IMG/VR virus record: IMGVR_UViG_3300032226_000829
Strand: one strand, 5' to 3'
Length of the DNA: 64,000 nt
DNA from: a virus
Lineage: Duplodnaviria; Caudoviricetes
Part shown: positions 1 through 10,065 of the stretch, in pieces
How the letters are laid out: each line of letters begins with the position of its first letter
How positions within the stretch are numbered: the stretch's first letter is position 1
Notes under the pieces: generated by a model
Told to the model about the DNA's origin: nothing
The model's input: only the letters and a program-made list of their open reading frames with translations
Databases searched by the model: none
Program-made: the position numbers and the translations under genes

Positions 1-3000
1 TAACCAAGAGACCCAGTGGTGGAGCATTTGTTTCTCTTAACCCTGGAAATTCTCCATCAGATACCACTGCATGGATCACCAACAAATCACCCTATGTACA
101 AAATGTCAGTACCTTTGGCACAGGTTGTGTGGGATTAAAAGTGGATGGAGATCTACACAATGGTGGCAACAAATCAGTGGTGGCCAATGACTTCACACAG
201 ATTATTTCAGACGGTATAGGATTTTGGGTCAAAGGTGAAGGAAAATCAGAATTAGTTTCTGTGTTTACATACTACTGTCACATTGGATACTTGGCAGAAG
301 ACGGTGGTAAAGTGCGTGGAACCAACGGTAATAACTCATATGGTTCATATGGTGCTGTGGCTGAAGGTTTTTCTTTGGCAGAAACTCCCATCACTGCTGA
401 AATAGACAATCGATCTGGAGAAGCATTAATCAACAGTGTGTATAACGATGAAAATCAGATATTTTGTTTTGGATATTCGCACACAGGTCAGGATTACACC
501 AGCGCCACAGTGACCATCACAGGTTCAGGTGCAGGAGCAGCTGCCTTCATAGGTTATGACAACACACGCTATCAGTCCATCAGCGAAGTGAGATTGACAG
601 ATCCTTTGGACAGCGGAATCACAGGAGGTTTAGGTTACACCAACATACTGGGCAATGCTCAAGGTGGTGATGATAACAGCATACTGTTGGCTGCACAATA
701 TGAACCACAATATGAAAAACTTTTCACAGCCACCAGCGGAAACCCAGCCAACACCATCACTGTGCAAAACATCACAGAAATGAATGTGAATGATGCAATT
801 ATTTTTCCAAGTTCGGCTTTTGGCAACATAGTGCCAGACACTGTGTACTATGTGAAAGAATTAGTGAATGCTGCCACCATAAGAATAAGTCAAACTCCTG
901 GTGGTGCAGTGTTTGTGCTCACAGGAGCCACAGGCGTAGGATATTTTGTGGCAGCTAGAATAATAGGACAAAGAGTGCAAATCATAGAAGGCACAGGCAG
1001 AGGTCAGTACGGAGTGATATCCTACTATGACCATCCCACCAAAAGTATCAGCGTGGTGAGACAGTTTGATGGATTACCTGGTTTTGAACATCTTTTGGGA
1101 GGGTTGGCCATTGAACCTGTGTTGGATGGATCCACCAAATACAGCATTGAACCTTTGGCATCTTTTTCAGATCCCACATATTCTGTCAGCAACACCACAC
1201 TGCCCATCAGTGCCACATGGGGAGTGGTAGGATCAGCGCGATTCGGCAGCACCAATGTCACTGTGGTACTCAGTGCCAGCGGTGGATATTTTACCACCAA
1301 CGGCAGCACTTGGACAGCTTGCACAGGATTGGCTCCAGTGAATTATCTTTATACAGCTCGCAGCAGCACTCATTTATTGGCCATATCTACCAATGCTATA
1401 TCCGGCACCACCACAGGATCCACTTGGACAGGATTAACCACTCCAGGAGGTTATGGTGCATTTACCAGCATCTCATGTGAACAGGATATTTTTATTATTA
1501 CCACCAATCAGGGTTTTGTATTGAGATCCGCAGACAATGGAGTATCGTGGACTGCAGCAGCAGTAGCGCCTTATGATGGATCCACACCAGCGCTCACACA
1601 TTCAGCCGGTGGATCAGGTCTGTTTATTGTGTGTGATGATCTGGGACAAACTTATGAAAGTCCTAATTTAGCTGTGAGTTGGTATCAAGGACCTGACATT
1701 GGCAGCACAGGAATAAATGTGCAGGACATTGTGTATGGCAACAATAGATTTGTGGCAGCCTGCAATGATAACCCCAATGACTCCAGCACATTGAGCAATA
1801 GATTTTATTACACATTGGCCAATCAAAGCACAGTGGCATCATCAGCTATCACTGTGTGGCAGCCCAGCGAATTACCACCAGAGTCAGATCAATATGTGAT
1901 CAGTTACAGTCAAGGATGTTTTGTGGCCATCACTGAATTGGGAGATCTTGCAGAAAGTATAGACGGCAAACATTGGAAAGTATTGGGCACTCAGTTGGGT
2001 GTAGGAGGCCCTGGATCATGGGTAACTATCGCTGGTGGTTCAGTGAACGGTCCTTGTTTCATTCCTTTGACTGATACAAGTACCAATCAGATCAAGGTGA
2101 TCAGATATGGAGCAAGAGCGTTGGGCAGAGTGAGAACCAATGCTGGAAGAATCAGTCAGATTGAATTGATAGAACCAGGCAGTGGATATTCATTCGCACC
2201 TACCATCACAGTAGTGGATAATGAAAATGTTATTGATGCTCTTTATTCCGTGAGAACCAATAATGGTACCATAAGTCAACCCACATTTACCAACAGAGGC
2301 ACAGGATTTTTAAACGTGAGTGCCACTGTGAACGGTGATGGACTGGCTGACAAATATCAAACAGGAAAATTCTTAAGAATTAAAAATTTATCCAGATTGC
2401 CCAGCCCAGGTGACAACGTGGAATTTGCCAACATTCCCAACTCACTGTTTAAATTGGGTAATTTTGTTTCGCTGGGTGGTGTAGAACCTAATATTTTTGG
2501 CACATTAAGAGTGGGTCCAGGACTGGATGCTTATCTATCTCCTGATCACGAAGAAGAAATCACTATTAGACAAAATTACAGTCAGGTTAGATTGACTGGT
2601 CACGATTTCTTAGACATAGGCACAGGCAATAAATTCACAACCAATTATCCAGATCTTTACAAAACAGGATTCACTGCAGGTTATGAACCTGCACAATTCA
2701 ATGAAGTGGTTGAGTCAGGTGGAGGACGTGTGTTCTACACCAGCACAGATCAAAATGGTAACTTCCGAGTGGGAGAACAATTCAGAGTGGAACAGAACAC
2801 TGGTATTGTGACACTAAGTGCAGATTTCTTCACACTGGATGGTCTGACTGAATTGGCTCTGGGTGGAGTGGTATTGGGTGGATCAGGAGCAGTGATACGT
2901 GAATTCAGCATAGATGCCACCATGGCAGCCAACAGTGACAACATAGTACCCACACAGAAAGCAATCATAGCTTACATACAAAGTAGAATTTCAGGTGGTG

Positions 3001-3233
3001 GATCCTCTTTGAACGTGTCTATTCTAAGGGCAGGTGCCATACAGATACAAAATGACTTCATATTTAATGTGGGTGGAGAGCCTATACAGATAAATTCACC
3101 GGTGAATTTCAAGTCAGGAATCAAAGGATCCATGCTGGCATTGAATTATTTCTTGGGTGGAGTAGCTTCCACAGAGCTCAACGAAGGTGATGCTGTGAGT
3201 GGGATAGACACCAGCAATGGATATGGTAGTTAG
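1..3233 (+). CDS. Giant tail-fibre/virion structural protein (VrlC-like scaffold) with Asp-box beta-propeller; 5'-truncated at the window edge
   Basis: Frame is open from base 3 (TKRPSGGAFVSLNPG...WITNKSPYVQNVSTFGTGCVGLKVDG), so the track start at 129 is not the real start. Paralog of 3270..9290 (shared NDFTQI.SDGIG.W and RLTGHDFLDIGTG motifs). Asp-box-like SADNGVSW and SIDGKHW. Confidence 0.8.
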   Translation, partial: TKRPSGGAFVSLNPGNSPSDTTAWITNKSPYVQNVSTFGTGCVGLKVDGDLHNGGNKSVVANDFTQIISDGIGFWVKGEGKSELVSVFTYYCHIGYLAEDGGKVRGTNGNNSYGSYGAVAEGFSLAETPITAEIDNRSGEALINSVYNDENQIFCFGYSHTGQDYTSATVTITGSGAGAAAFIGYDNTRYQSISEVRLTDPLDSGITGGLGYTNILGNAQGGDDNSILLAAQYEPQYEKLFTATSGNPANTITVQNITEMNVNDAIIFPSSAFGNIVPDTVYYVKELVNAATIRISQTPGGAVFVLTGATGVGYFVAARIIGQRVQIIEGTGRGQYGVISYYDHPTKSISVVRQFDGLPGFEHLLGGLAIEPVLDGSTKYSIEPLASFSDPTYSVSNTTLPISATWGVVGSARFGSTNVTVVLSASGGYFTTNGSTWTACTGLAPVNYLYTARSSTHLLAISTNAISGTTTGSTWTGLTTPGGYGAFTSISCEQDIFIITTNQGFVLRSADNGVSWTAAAVAPYDGSTPALTHSAGGSGLFIVCDDLGQTYESPNLAVSWYQGPDIGSTGINVQDIVYGNNRFVAACNDNPNDSSTLSNRFYYTLANQSTVASSAITVWQPSELPPESDQYVISYSQGCFVAITELGDLAESIDGKHWKVLGTQLGVGGPGSWVTIAGGSVNGPCFIPLTDTSTNQIKVIRYGARALGRVRTNAGRISQIELIEPGSGYSFAPTITVVDNENVIDALYSVRTNNGTISQPTFTNRGTGFLNVSATVNGDGLADKYQTGKFLRIKNLSRLPSPGDNVEFANIPNSLFKLGNFVSLGGVEPNIFGTLRVGPGLDAYLSPDHEEEITIRQNYSQVRLTGHDFLDIGTGNKFTTNYPDLYKTGFTAGYEPAQFNEVVESGGGRVFYTSTDQNGNFRVGEQFRVEQNTGIVTLSADFFTLDGLTELALGGVVLGGSGAVIREFSIDATMAANSDNIVPTQKAIIAYIQSRISGGGSSLNVSILRAGAIQIQNDFIFNVGGEPIQINSPVNFKSGIKGSMLALNYFLGGVASTELNEGDAVSGIDTSNGYGS

Positions 3234-3269
3234 TATGATAAATAACAACACAACAAGGAAATCATAACA

Positions 3270-6200
3270 ATGGCTGAGTTTAAATTAGGTAGGATTAGGT
3301 TCATTTGGAAAGGTGCCTGGATCACTGCCGTTGAGTATTTTATCGATGATGTGATAAGATATGGTGGCCGTACCTATATCTGCGTGGTGGGACACACCAG
3401 CGGTACTTTTCAAACAGATTTAACTGCTGCAAAATGGAACCTGATGAGTGATGGTCAGGAGTGGAAAGCCAACTGGTCTTTGAACACCACATACAAACCC
3501 AATGACATTGTGAAATATGGTGGGTATTTGTACATTGCCAACGAAGGACACACTTCAGCTGCCACAACCACTTTGGGATTAGAAGCAGATCAATCCAAAT
3601 GGGATTTATTTTCAGAAGGATTTGATTACAAATCAGATTGGGCAATCAGTACCAGATACAAAGTAAATGATTTAGTCAAGTACGGTGCATACATCTACAC
3701 CTGTATCACTGCACACACATCAGCTGCCACCACCACTTTAGGTTTGGAAAATAATATTGGCAACTGGGAAGTTTTCTCCAAAGGATTCAATTGGTTGAAT
3801 GCTTGGGCTACCACTACCAGATACAAATTGGGAGACGTGGTCAGATACGGTGGACAACTGTATGTGGCCAACCTAGGACACACTTCAAATGCATCAGCCA
3901 CACTGTTGGGTGGTGGATTGGAAGCTGATCAAGCCAAGTGGGATTATCTACACAAAGGTATTGAATATAAATCAGATTGGGCAGGTACCACCAGATACAA
4001 AATCAATGATGTGGTCAAATGGGGACCAAGTCTTTGGATCTGTACCACTTATCACGTTTCTACTGCCACACTCACTGCAGATCAAGCCAACTGGGCTGTG
4101 TTTGTACCAGGATTAGAATTTGAAGACTCGTGGAGTTCCGCAACCAACTATCAGATAGGTGACTTTGTGACCTATGGTGGTTATGGTTACGTGGCCAAGA
4201 CCAATAGTTTGAATAAAAACCCCAACACCTATGCAGGTGTGGATTGGGATCTATTTGTAACAGGATTCCGTCTAAGAGGTGATTACAACAACGGCACTGC
4301 ATATCTCAATGGTGATGTGGTACGCTTGGGAGGATTCACTTATATCTGTATTGAAGACAGCACAGGCAACAGACCACCCAATGTGACCTACTGGGACAAA
4401 CTCAACGAAGGAATCTATTGGAAAGGCAACTGGGCCAATGCCACTCTGTATGACAAAGGTGATGTGGTACGAGGAATTATTAATACCAACAATTCATATA
4501 TTTGTATACTGGCTCACACTTCCAACAACGTGGGACCTGCCACAATCACACAACCAGATTATGCACCAGGAGCTGGAGTGGACACTGGCACATATTGGCA
4601 ACTATTATCGGGAGGTGCAGAAAGCACAGCACTGACCACACAAGGAGATTTATTATTGTACGGACCATCAGGTCCTACTAGATTACCAATTGGACTTTCA
4701 GGTCAAACATTATTGGTGAACTCTGCAGGCACGCTGCCTGAATGGGGTTACTTTGGAAAGATTGACAATGTATGGTACGTGGCTCTATCAGGTGTGGATG
4801 CACCAGCTCCAGACTACGGTGCCACATTGAACCAACCTTGGAGAACCATTCAATATGCTCTTAAAGAAATAGACAAAGGACCGTTGTATCCTAAAGCAAA
4901 AAATTTATTAGTGAGAAACAAAGCATTCATACAGAGAGAAACTGTGGCCTACATAAATGCCACGTTCCAAGCCACTTGTACCAACACCACCACAAGCACC
5001 AATCTAATCACCTGCAACAGCACTGTGAATCTTAGAGTGGGCATGAGAGTGGAATTCACTGGCACCACATTTGGCGGAGTAAGCACTGTGACTGAATATT
5101 ATATCATCACTAAAACATCTACGCAGATCAGTGTGAGTCTCACACCCACAGGTTCAGCAGTTGCACTCAGCACCGCTGCAGGCACTATGGTGGTAAAATT
5201 AAAATATGACAGTGCCAAATGTCTAAGAGATATAGGACAAATCATTGATGCTGTGCAATGGGATTTGAGTCATGGTGGCAATGAGAAATCAAGATTGGCT
5301 GCTATTTCTTATTACACAGGCAGCGGATCATATGTGTATGGTCAGGAAACAGAGACCAGTGCTGCTATTGAATTTGCCAAGACCGTGATTGATGCTGCCA
5401 TTTCCAATGACGCAACCTATGCAGAATTGCAATTGGTTGTGCCACAAGTGATTGACAACGATATTATGGAAGAACCTCAAGCACAAGGTTTGATAGAATC
5501 ATTGATGGACATCATCATAGATGCAATCACTGCAGGCGATGTGGATGATGTGCCAGCTGAGATTATTGCCGGCAACACTGTGAATGTGAAGACAGGAATA
5601 TTTTATGAAGTATTGCCCATACGTGTGCGCGAAAGCACAGCCATTGTGGGAGATGAGTTGAGAAGCACCAACATCAGACCTGCTCCCAGCTATGTAAATA
5701 TTTCAGACACTCCATACACATTGCTAGGCATTGACAGATTAGAAAATATCATTGATGATATTATTACCAACACTCCTGTATCAGCCACAGCAGCTGGATA
5801 TGTCACATCAGTGTCCACACCAGTACAAGATGTCAACAGAACTTCTGGAGTATACACCAACAGAACAGTGACTGGTGGAACAGGCAGTGGCGCAACATTT
5901 GATGTCACTGTGAATGCCACAGGTTTCGTAACTCTAATCACTGTGAACACTTCAGGCACAGGCTACACAGTGGGCAACACTCTTACCATAGCATCAGGAC
6001 AATTGGGAGTCAGCAGTTTGGCTGCCACTTTCACTGTGAGCACTGTGGGCGCCGGCAACACTATTACACAAAATGTGAGTGCTCCAGCAGGATCTGCTCC
6101 AGCAGCAGCCGCAGCAGTGAGCATTGTGGAAGACATTTATGATTATATCAACTACAATGTGATTGGTGACAGTTCCAGTCCCGAGCCCACTGTGAGTGGT

Positions 6201-9200
6201 TCTAATCTGCCTCAGACTGCAATTGGTTACACAGATGCTGTGTTGAGATTGATTGAAAATAGAGAATTTTTAGCCACTGAAGTGGTGGAATACACCAAAA
6301 AAACCAATCCTGGTGCTTTCCTTACGTATTTTACAGCAGCCAACGAATTGTCTTGCAAAAGAGATGTGAGAGAATATGTGGATGCTGTGGCCCATGATTT
6401 GATCTACACCGGCAATTACAAAGCTATCGTGGCTGCCAAGTATTATGAAACTGCTGTGACCGGCAGTGTGGCTTCGGACATGTTCTACATGAGAAACGGC
6501 ACAGGATTAAGAAACTGCACACTGCAAGGATTAACAGGCTCATTGGGTGCTGTTAACGCTTACGGCACACAGAGACCCACTGCTGGAGCCTATGTATCAT
6601 TGGATGCAGGTTGGGGACCATCACATGAAGATGTGTGGATCACCAACAAATCACCCTATGTACAAAACGTATCCACATTCGGCACAGGTTGCGTGGGATT
6701 AAAAGTGGATGGTGCACTGCACAACGGTGGAAATGATTCAGTGGTGGCCAATGACTTCACACAAATTTTATCAGATGGTATCGGATTCTGGGTGACCAAC
6801 CTAGGTAGATCAGAATTAGTTTCTGTGTTCAGTTACTACAATCACATTGGATACCTAGCTGAAAATGGTGGCAAAGTGCGTGCTACCAACGGAAATAACT
6901 CTTATGGAAAATTTGGATCAGTGTCTGAAGGCGGAGATGCTTCAGAAGTTCCAGTCACATGCGTGGTCAACAACAAAAGCACAGATGCCACAGTGGGAAA
7001 TACTTTCACAGATGGTGATAGAATATTGGCTTTGGAGTATACCAATGCTGGAACCAATTACACCACAGCAGCCACACTGACCATATCAGGAGATGGTTTT
7101 GGTCTTGCTGGTACCACTGCCACAGTGCGCAACGGTGCTGTGTATGAAATTAGATTAGATGAAACTGTCACATCACCTGAGAGCAACTATGGTGGTGATG
7201 GATATATCACAGCCAGCAACGTGTCTCAAAGCGGCACTGATAAAACTATCACTATTTCCAACACTGACACATCATTGGCCAGTCAGTTGACCGGATTATC
7301 CATATACATCACTGAAGGATTAGGAGCAGGACAGTATGCTTACGTGGTGGGATTCAATGCAGGTACCAAGGCTGTCAAAGTGGCCCGACCTTCATTCACA
7401 TCATTCACAGTCACAGCTGCCACAGCGTCAAATGATAGATTCACTTGTGCTAGCAGCAGCACATTAGACATTAACATGCCCATCATGTTCAGCGGCACAG
7501 CATTTGGTGGAGTGACCACCACTGCTACCAATCCAACCATTTACTATGTGTTGAGCAAGCCCACTGGAACCACATTCACTATCAGCACCACACCAGGTGG
7601 ATCAACTTTTGATGTCTCGGCTGATGCTGTAGGCACCATGACCATACACAAAGCAGGTTGGGATCATTTGGTTAACACCACTTGTACCAACACCACAGTG
7701 ACCACAGATGTGATCACTTGTGCATCCACTGCAGGATTGTATGTGGGTGCAGCAGTGCAGTTTGATGGCACCACATTTGGTGGCATAAATCCATACACTC
7801 AATACTATGTGATCAGCACAGGATTCACAGCAACACAATTCAAAGTCAGCACTTCTTTGGGCGGCGCAGCAGTCACGCTCAGCACTGCTGCAGGCACCAT
7901 GAGTGTGAGATTGGTAGAAGTTATATTAGACGGTACCACCAAGTATGACTATGCTCCACGTATTATTGTGAGTGCTCCTCCTTCAGGTATCACAACCATT
8001 GCCAGAGCAGTGGTCACAGCAGAAAAAATATCTGCCATTAGAATTATTGAACCAGGTTCAGGCTATGTGACGGCTCCCACAGTGACCATAGTGGATCCCA
8101 GCAACACAGTGGAAGCACCTGTGGAAGTTTTCATTGGCAATGGAGCTTTGGGTCAACCCACATTCACCAACAGAGGATCATCATTTTTGACAGCCGTAAC
8201 CACAGTGACCGAAACAGGCGTGGTACGCACTGTGAGTGGCATCACCAATGCCAACCCAGGAGTGGTCACAACTTCAACAAACCACACTTACACCAGTGGA
8301 CAAAAAGTTATTTTTGCAAACGTGGCTGGCATGTTCCAAATCAACAGCGGAGTGTACTACTATGTGAATGTGTTGACTCCAAACACTTTTTCATTGTATG
8401 TGGATTCAGCACTGACTGTGCCTTTGAACACCACTGACTACGGAGTTTACATTGCTTCATTGGGCACTGTGACAGAATTTGGCGGATTTAGAAACAGTCT
8501 ACAGAATGGCAAATTTATACAAGTGGAAGGATTGACGCAAATTCCACAGGCAGGAGCCAATGTAGAATTTGCTTCATTGCCAGGCAACTATTACAAACTG
8601 GTAACTGTGCAGAATCTATTGGGCACACAGTATCCATTCACTGCACTGTTGCAAGTGAGCCCACAGATAGAAGTGTCAGAAGCACCACCGCATGGTGATC
8701 CTGTCACAATTAAAATTAGATATTCGCAAATCAGATTAACAGGTCACGATTTCTTAGACATAGGTACAGGTGGTTTTACTAGCACAAACTATCCTGGCAT
8801 ACCTTTAACTCCTGCTGATTCAGACAACGAGACTGTGGAATCAGGTGGAGGACGTGTGTTCTTTACCAGCACAGATCAAGACGGTAACTTCCGAGTGGGA
8901 GATTTATTCTCAGTGGAGCAGAGCACAGGTGTGGCCACATTGAATGCTGATGCGTTCAATATTTCAGGATTACAAGAACTTCAGTTGGGTGAATTAGTAT
9001 TGGGAGGCAGCAGTGCTTCTATCAATGAATTCTCCACAGATGGTACAATGGCAGCCAACAGTGACCAAATTGTGCCCACACAGAGAGCGATTAGAACATA
9101 TATAGCTAGTCAAATCGGTGGTGGAGCCAGCAGTTTGAACGTGAACCAAATCACAGCAGGTTTGATCACAATATTTGCTTCAACCATTGAGACCACCACT

Positions 9201-9290
9201 GGAGTGACAATAAACTTTGAATCCCCTGTGAATTTCACAGCGGGAGTGAACGGAGCGCCCGTAGCAATGGGGCTTTTCCTACAAGGATAA
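3270..9290 (+). CDS. 2006-aa tail-fibre/virion structural protein with 8 N-terminal CBM5/12-like repeats and inserted beta-domains
   Basis: Long ORF with SD AAGGA and upstream TAAATA; W-x5-Y-x3-D-x-V-x-YGG-x2-Y-x-C-x3-HTS repeats; Thr/Ser/Gly-rich; C-terminal half paralogous to the first ORF. Confidence 0.8.
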   Translation: MAEFKLGRIRFIWKGAWITAVEYFIDDVIRYGGRTYICVVGHTSGTFQTDLTAAKWNLMSDGQEWKANWSLNTTYKPNDIVKYGGYLYIANEGHTSAATTTLGLEADQSKWDLFSEGFDYKSDWAISTRYKVNDLVKYGAYIYTCITAHTSAATTTLGLENNIGNWEVFSKGFNWLNAWATTTRYKLGDVVRYGGQLYVANLGHTSNASATLLGGGLEADQAKWDYLHKGIEYKSDWAGTTRYKINDVVKWGPSLWICTTYHVSTATLTADQANWAVFVPGLEFEDSWSSATNYQIGDFVTYGGYGYVAKTNSLNKNPNTYAGVDWDLFVTGFRLRGDYNNGTAYLNGDVVRLGGFTYICIEDSTGNRPPNVTYWDKLNEGIYWKGNWANATLYDKGDVVRGIINTNNSYICILAHTSNNVGPATITQPDYAPGAGVDTGTYWQLLSGGAESTALTTQGDLLLYGPSGPTRLPIGLSGQTLLVNSAGTLPEWGYFGKIDNVWYVALSGVDAPAPDYGATLNQPWRTIQYALKEIDKGPLYPKAKNLLVRNKAFIQRETVAYINATFQATCTNTTTSTNLITCNSTVNLRVGMRVEFTGTTFGGVSTVTEYYIITKTSTQISVSLTPTGSAVALSTAAGTMVVKLKYDSAKCLRDIGQIIDAVQWDLSHGGNEKSRLAAISYYTGSGSYVYGQETETSAAIEFAKTVIDAAISNDATYAELQLVVPQVIDNDIMEEPQAQGLIESLMDIIIDAITAGDVDDVPAEIIAGNTVNVKTGIFYEVLPIRVRESTAIVGDELRSTNIRPAPSYVNISDTPYTLLGIDRLENIIDDIITNTPVSATAAGYVTSVSTPVQDVNRTSGVYTNRTVTGGTGSGATFDVTVNATGFVTLITVNTSGTGYTVGNTLTIASGQLGVSSLAATFTVSTVGAGNTITQNVSAPAGSAPAAAAAVSIVEDIYDYINYNVIGDSSSPEPTVSGSNLPQTAIGYTDAVLRLIENREFLATEVVEYTKKTNPGAFLTYFTAANELSCKRDVREYVDAVAHDLIYTGNYKAIVAAKYYETAVTGSVASDMFYMRNGTGLRNCTLQGLTGSLGAVNAYGTQRPTAGAYVSLDAGWGPSHEDVWITNKSPYVQNVSTFGTGCVGLKVDGALHNGGNDSVVANDFTQILSDGIGFWVTNLGRSELVSVFSYYNHIGYLAENGGKVRATNGNNSYGKFGSVSEGGDASEVPVTCVVNNKSTDATVGNTFTDGDRILALEYTNAGTNYTTAATLTISGDGFGLAGTTATVRNGAVYEIRLDETVTSPESNYGGDGYITASNVSQSGTDKTITISNTDTSLASQLTGLSIYITEGLGAGQYAYVVGFNAGTKAVKVARPSFTSFTVTAATASNDRFTCASSSTLDINMPIMFSGTAFGGVTTTATNPTIYYVLSKPTGTTFTISTTPGGSTFDVSADAVGTMTIHKAGWDHLVNTTCTNTTVTTDVITCASTAGLYVGAAVQFDGTTFGGINPYTQYYVISTGFTATQFKVSTSLGGAAVTLSTAAGTMSVRLVEVILDGTTKYDYAPRIIVSAPPSGITTIARAVVTAEKISAIRIIEPGSGYVTAPTVTIVDPSNTVEAPVEVFIGNGALGQPTFTNRGSSFLTAVTTVTETGVVRTVSGITNANPGVVTTSTNHTYTSGQKVIFANVAGMFQINSGVYYYVNVLTPNTFSLYVDSALTVPLNTTDYGVYIASLGTVTEFGGFRNSLQNGKFIQVEGLTQIPQAGANVEFASLPGNYYKLVTVQNLLGTQYPFTALLQVSPQIEVSEAPPHGDPVTIKIRYSQIRLTGHDFLDIGTGGFTSTNYPGIPLTPADSDNETVESGGGRVFFTSTDQDGNFRVGDLFSVEQSTGVATLNADAFNISGLQELQLGELVLGGSSASINEFSTDGTMAANSDQIVPTQRAIRTYIASQIGGGASSLNVNQITAGLITIFASTIETTTGVTINFESPVNFTAGVNGAPVAMGLFLQG
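3300..4610 (+). repeat. Eight tandem ~50-55-aa carbohydrate-binding-module-like (CBM5/12) protein repeats
   Basis: e.g. WAISTRYKVNDLVKYGAYIYTCITAHTS, WATTTRYKLGDVVRYGGQLYVANLGHTS, WAGTTRYKINDVVKWGPSLWICTTYHVS; counted by eye. Confidence 0.7.
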
Positions 9291-9318
9291 CAAGAGTACA
9301 ACAAAAGGAGAACAGTAA

Positions 9319-9639
9319 ATGGCAACAGGAAGATTGGGAGCGTCGGATGTAACCGCAGCTACCTTAACAACAGTATATACCTGTCCAGCTGATACGTTTG
9401 CAATAGTTGCTGTAAACTTCCTAAATCGAGGCAATCAAGCTCAAACTTTTAGATTGGCTGTGGCTACCACAGGCACTCCTACAGTGGGTGAGTACATTGA
9501 ATACGATGTGGAAGTGCTGTCCAAAGGAGTTCTAGAAAGAACTGGTTTGGTATTGGCAGCAACACAAAGATTAGTGGCATACGCATCTGGTGGCAACGCT
9601 AGCGTGGTGGTTTACGGCATTGAAACATCAACTGCATAA
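9319..9639 (+). CDS. Small virion structural protein (fibre-associated)
   Basis: SD AGGAG; 106-aa beta-rich protein (T.VYTCP...LERTGLVL...VYGIE) of the type found next to myovirus fibre genes. Confidence 0.6.
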   Translation: MATGRLGASDVTAATLTTVYTCPADTFAIVAVNFLNRGNQAQTFRLAVATTGTPTVGEYIEYDVEVLSKGVLERTGLVLAATQRLVAYASGGNASVVVYGIETSTA

Positions 9640-9683
9640 ATCACGGCAATAGCATAAATACAAGCAAACATAAGGACTAAAAC

Positions 9684-10016
9684 ATGGGAAGATACATATC
9701 AACAACCGGAACCGCTGGTATAGTTATACGTGAAGTTAGTACAACGTATCAAGCAGTTGTGAATGATAGAATTTTGGCTAACTCTACTACAGCAGCCTTC
9801 ACTATCACTTTGCCACTGAGCACTGGACTGTTGAACAATGACACCATTCAAATCATAGACGTTGGCAACTTCGCAGGAACCAACAACATCACTGTGGCTA
9901 GAAACGGTGCACTGATCAACGGAGCAGCTGACAATTTAACAATTGACTTGAATCAGGCAATTGTGACTTTGATTTATACAGGCGTAACTTATGGTTGGAT
10001 TGTTGGCGCAGTGTAA
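9684..10016 (+). CDS. Small tail-fibre-related protein (T4 gp34-type repeat: AFTITLP...IQIID...TNNITVARNG...GW)
   Basis: SD AAGGA, upstream TAAATA; motif recognised from myovirus fibre repeats. Confidence 0.55.
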   Translation: MGRYISTTGTAGIVIREVSTTYQAVVNDRILANSTTAAFTITLPLSTGLLNNDTIQIIDVGNFAGTNNITVARNGALINGAADNLTIDLNQAIVTLIYTGVTYGWIVGAV

Positions 10017-10065
10017 TTGATTTTGATAATCACACAGCATCACAATCTACAAAAGAATTAATAGT

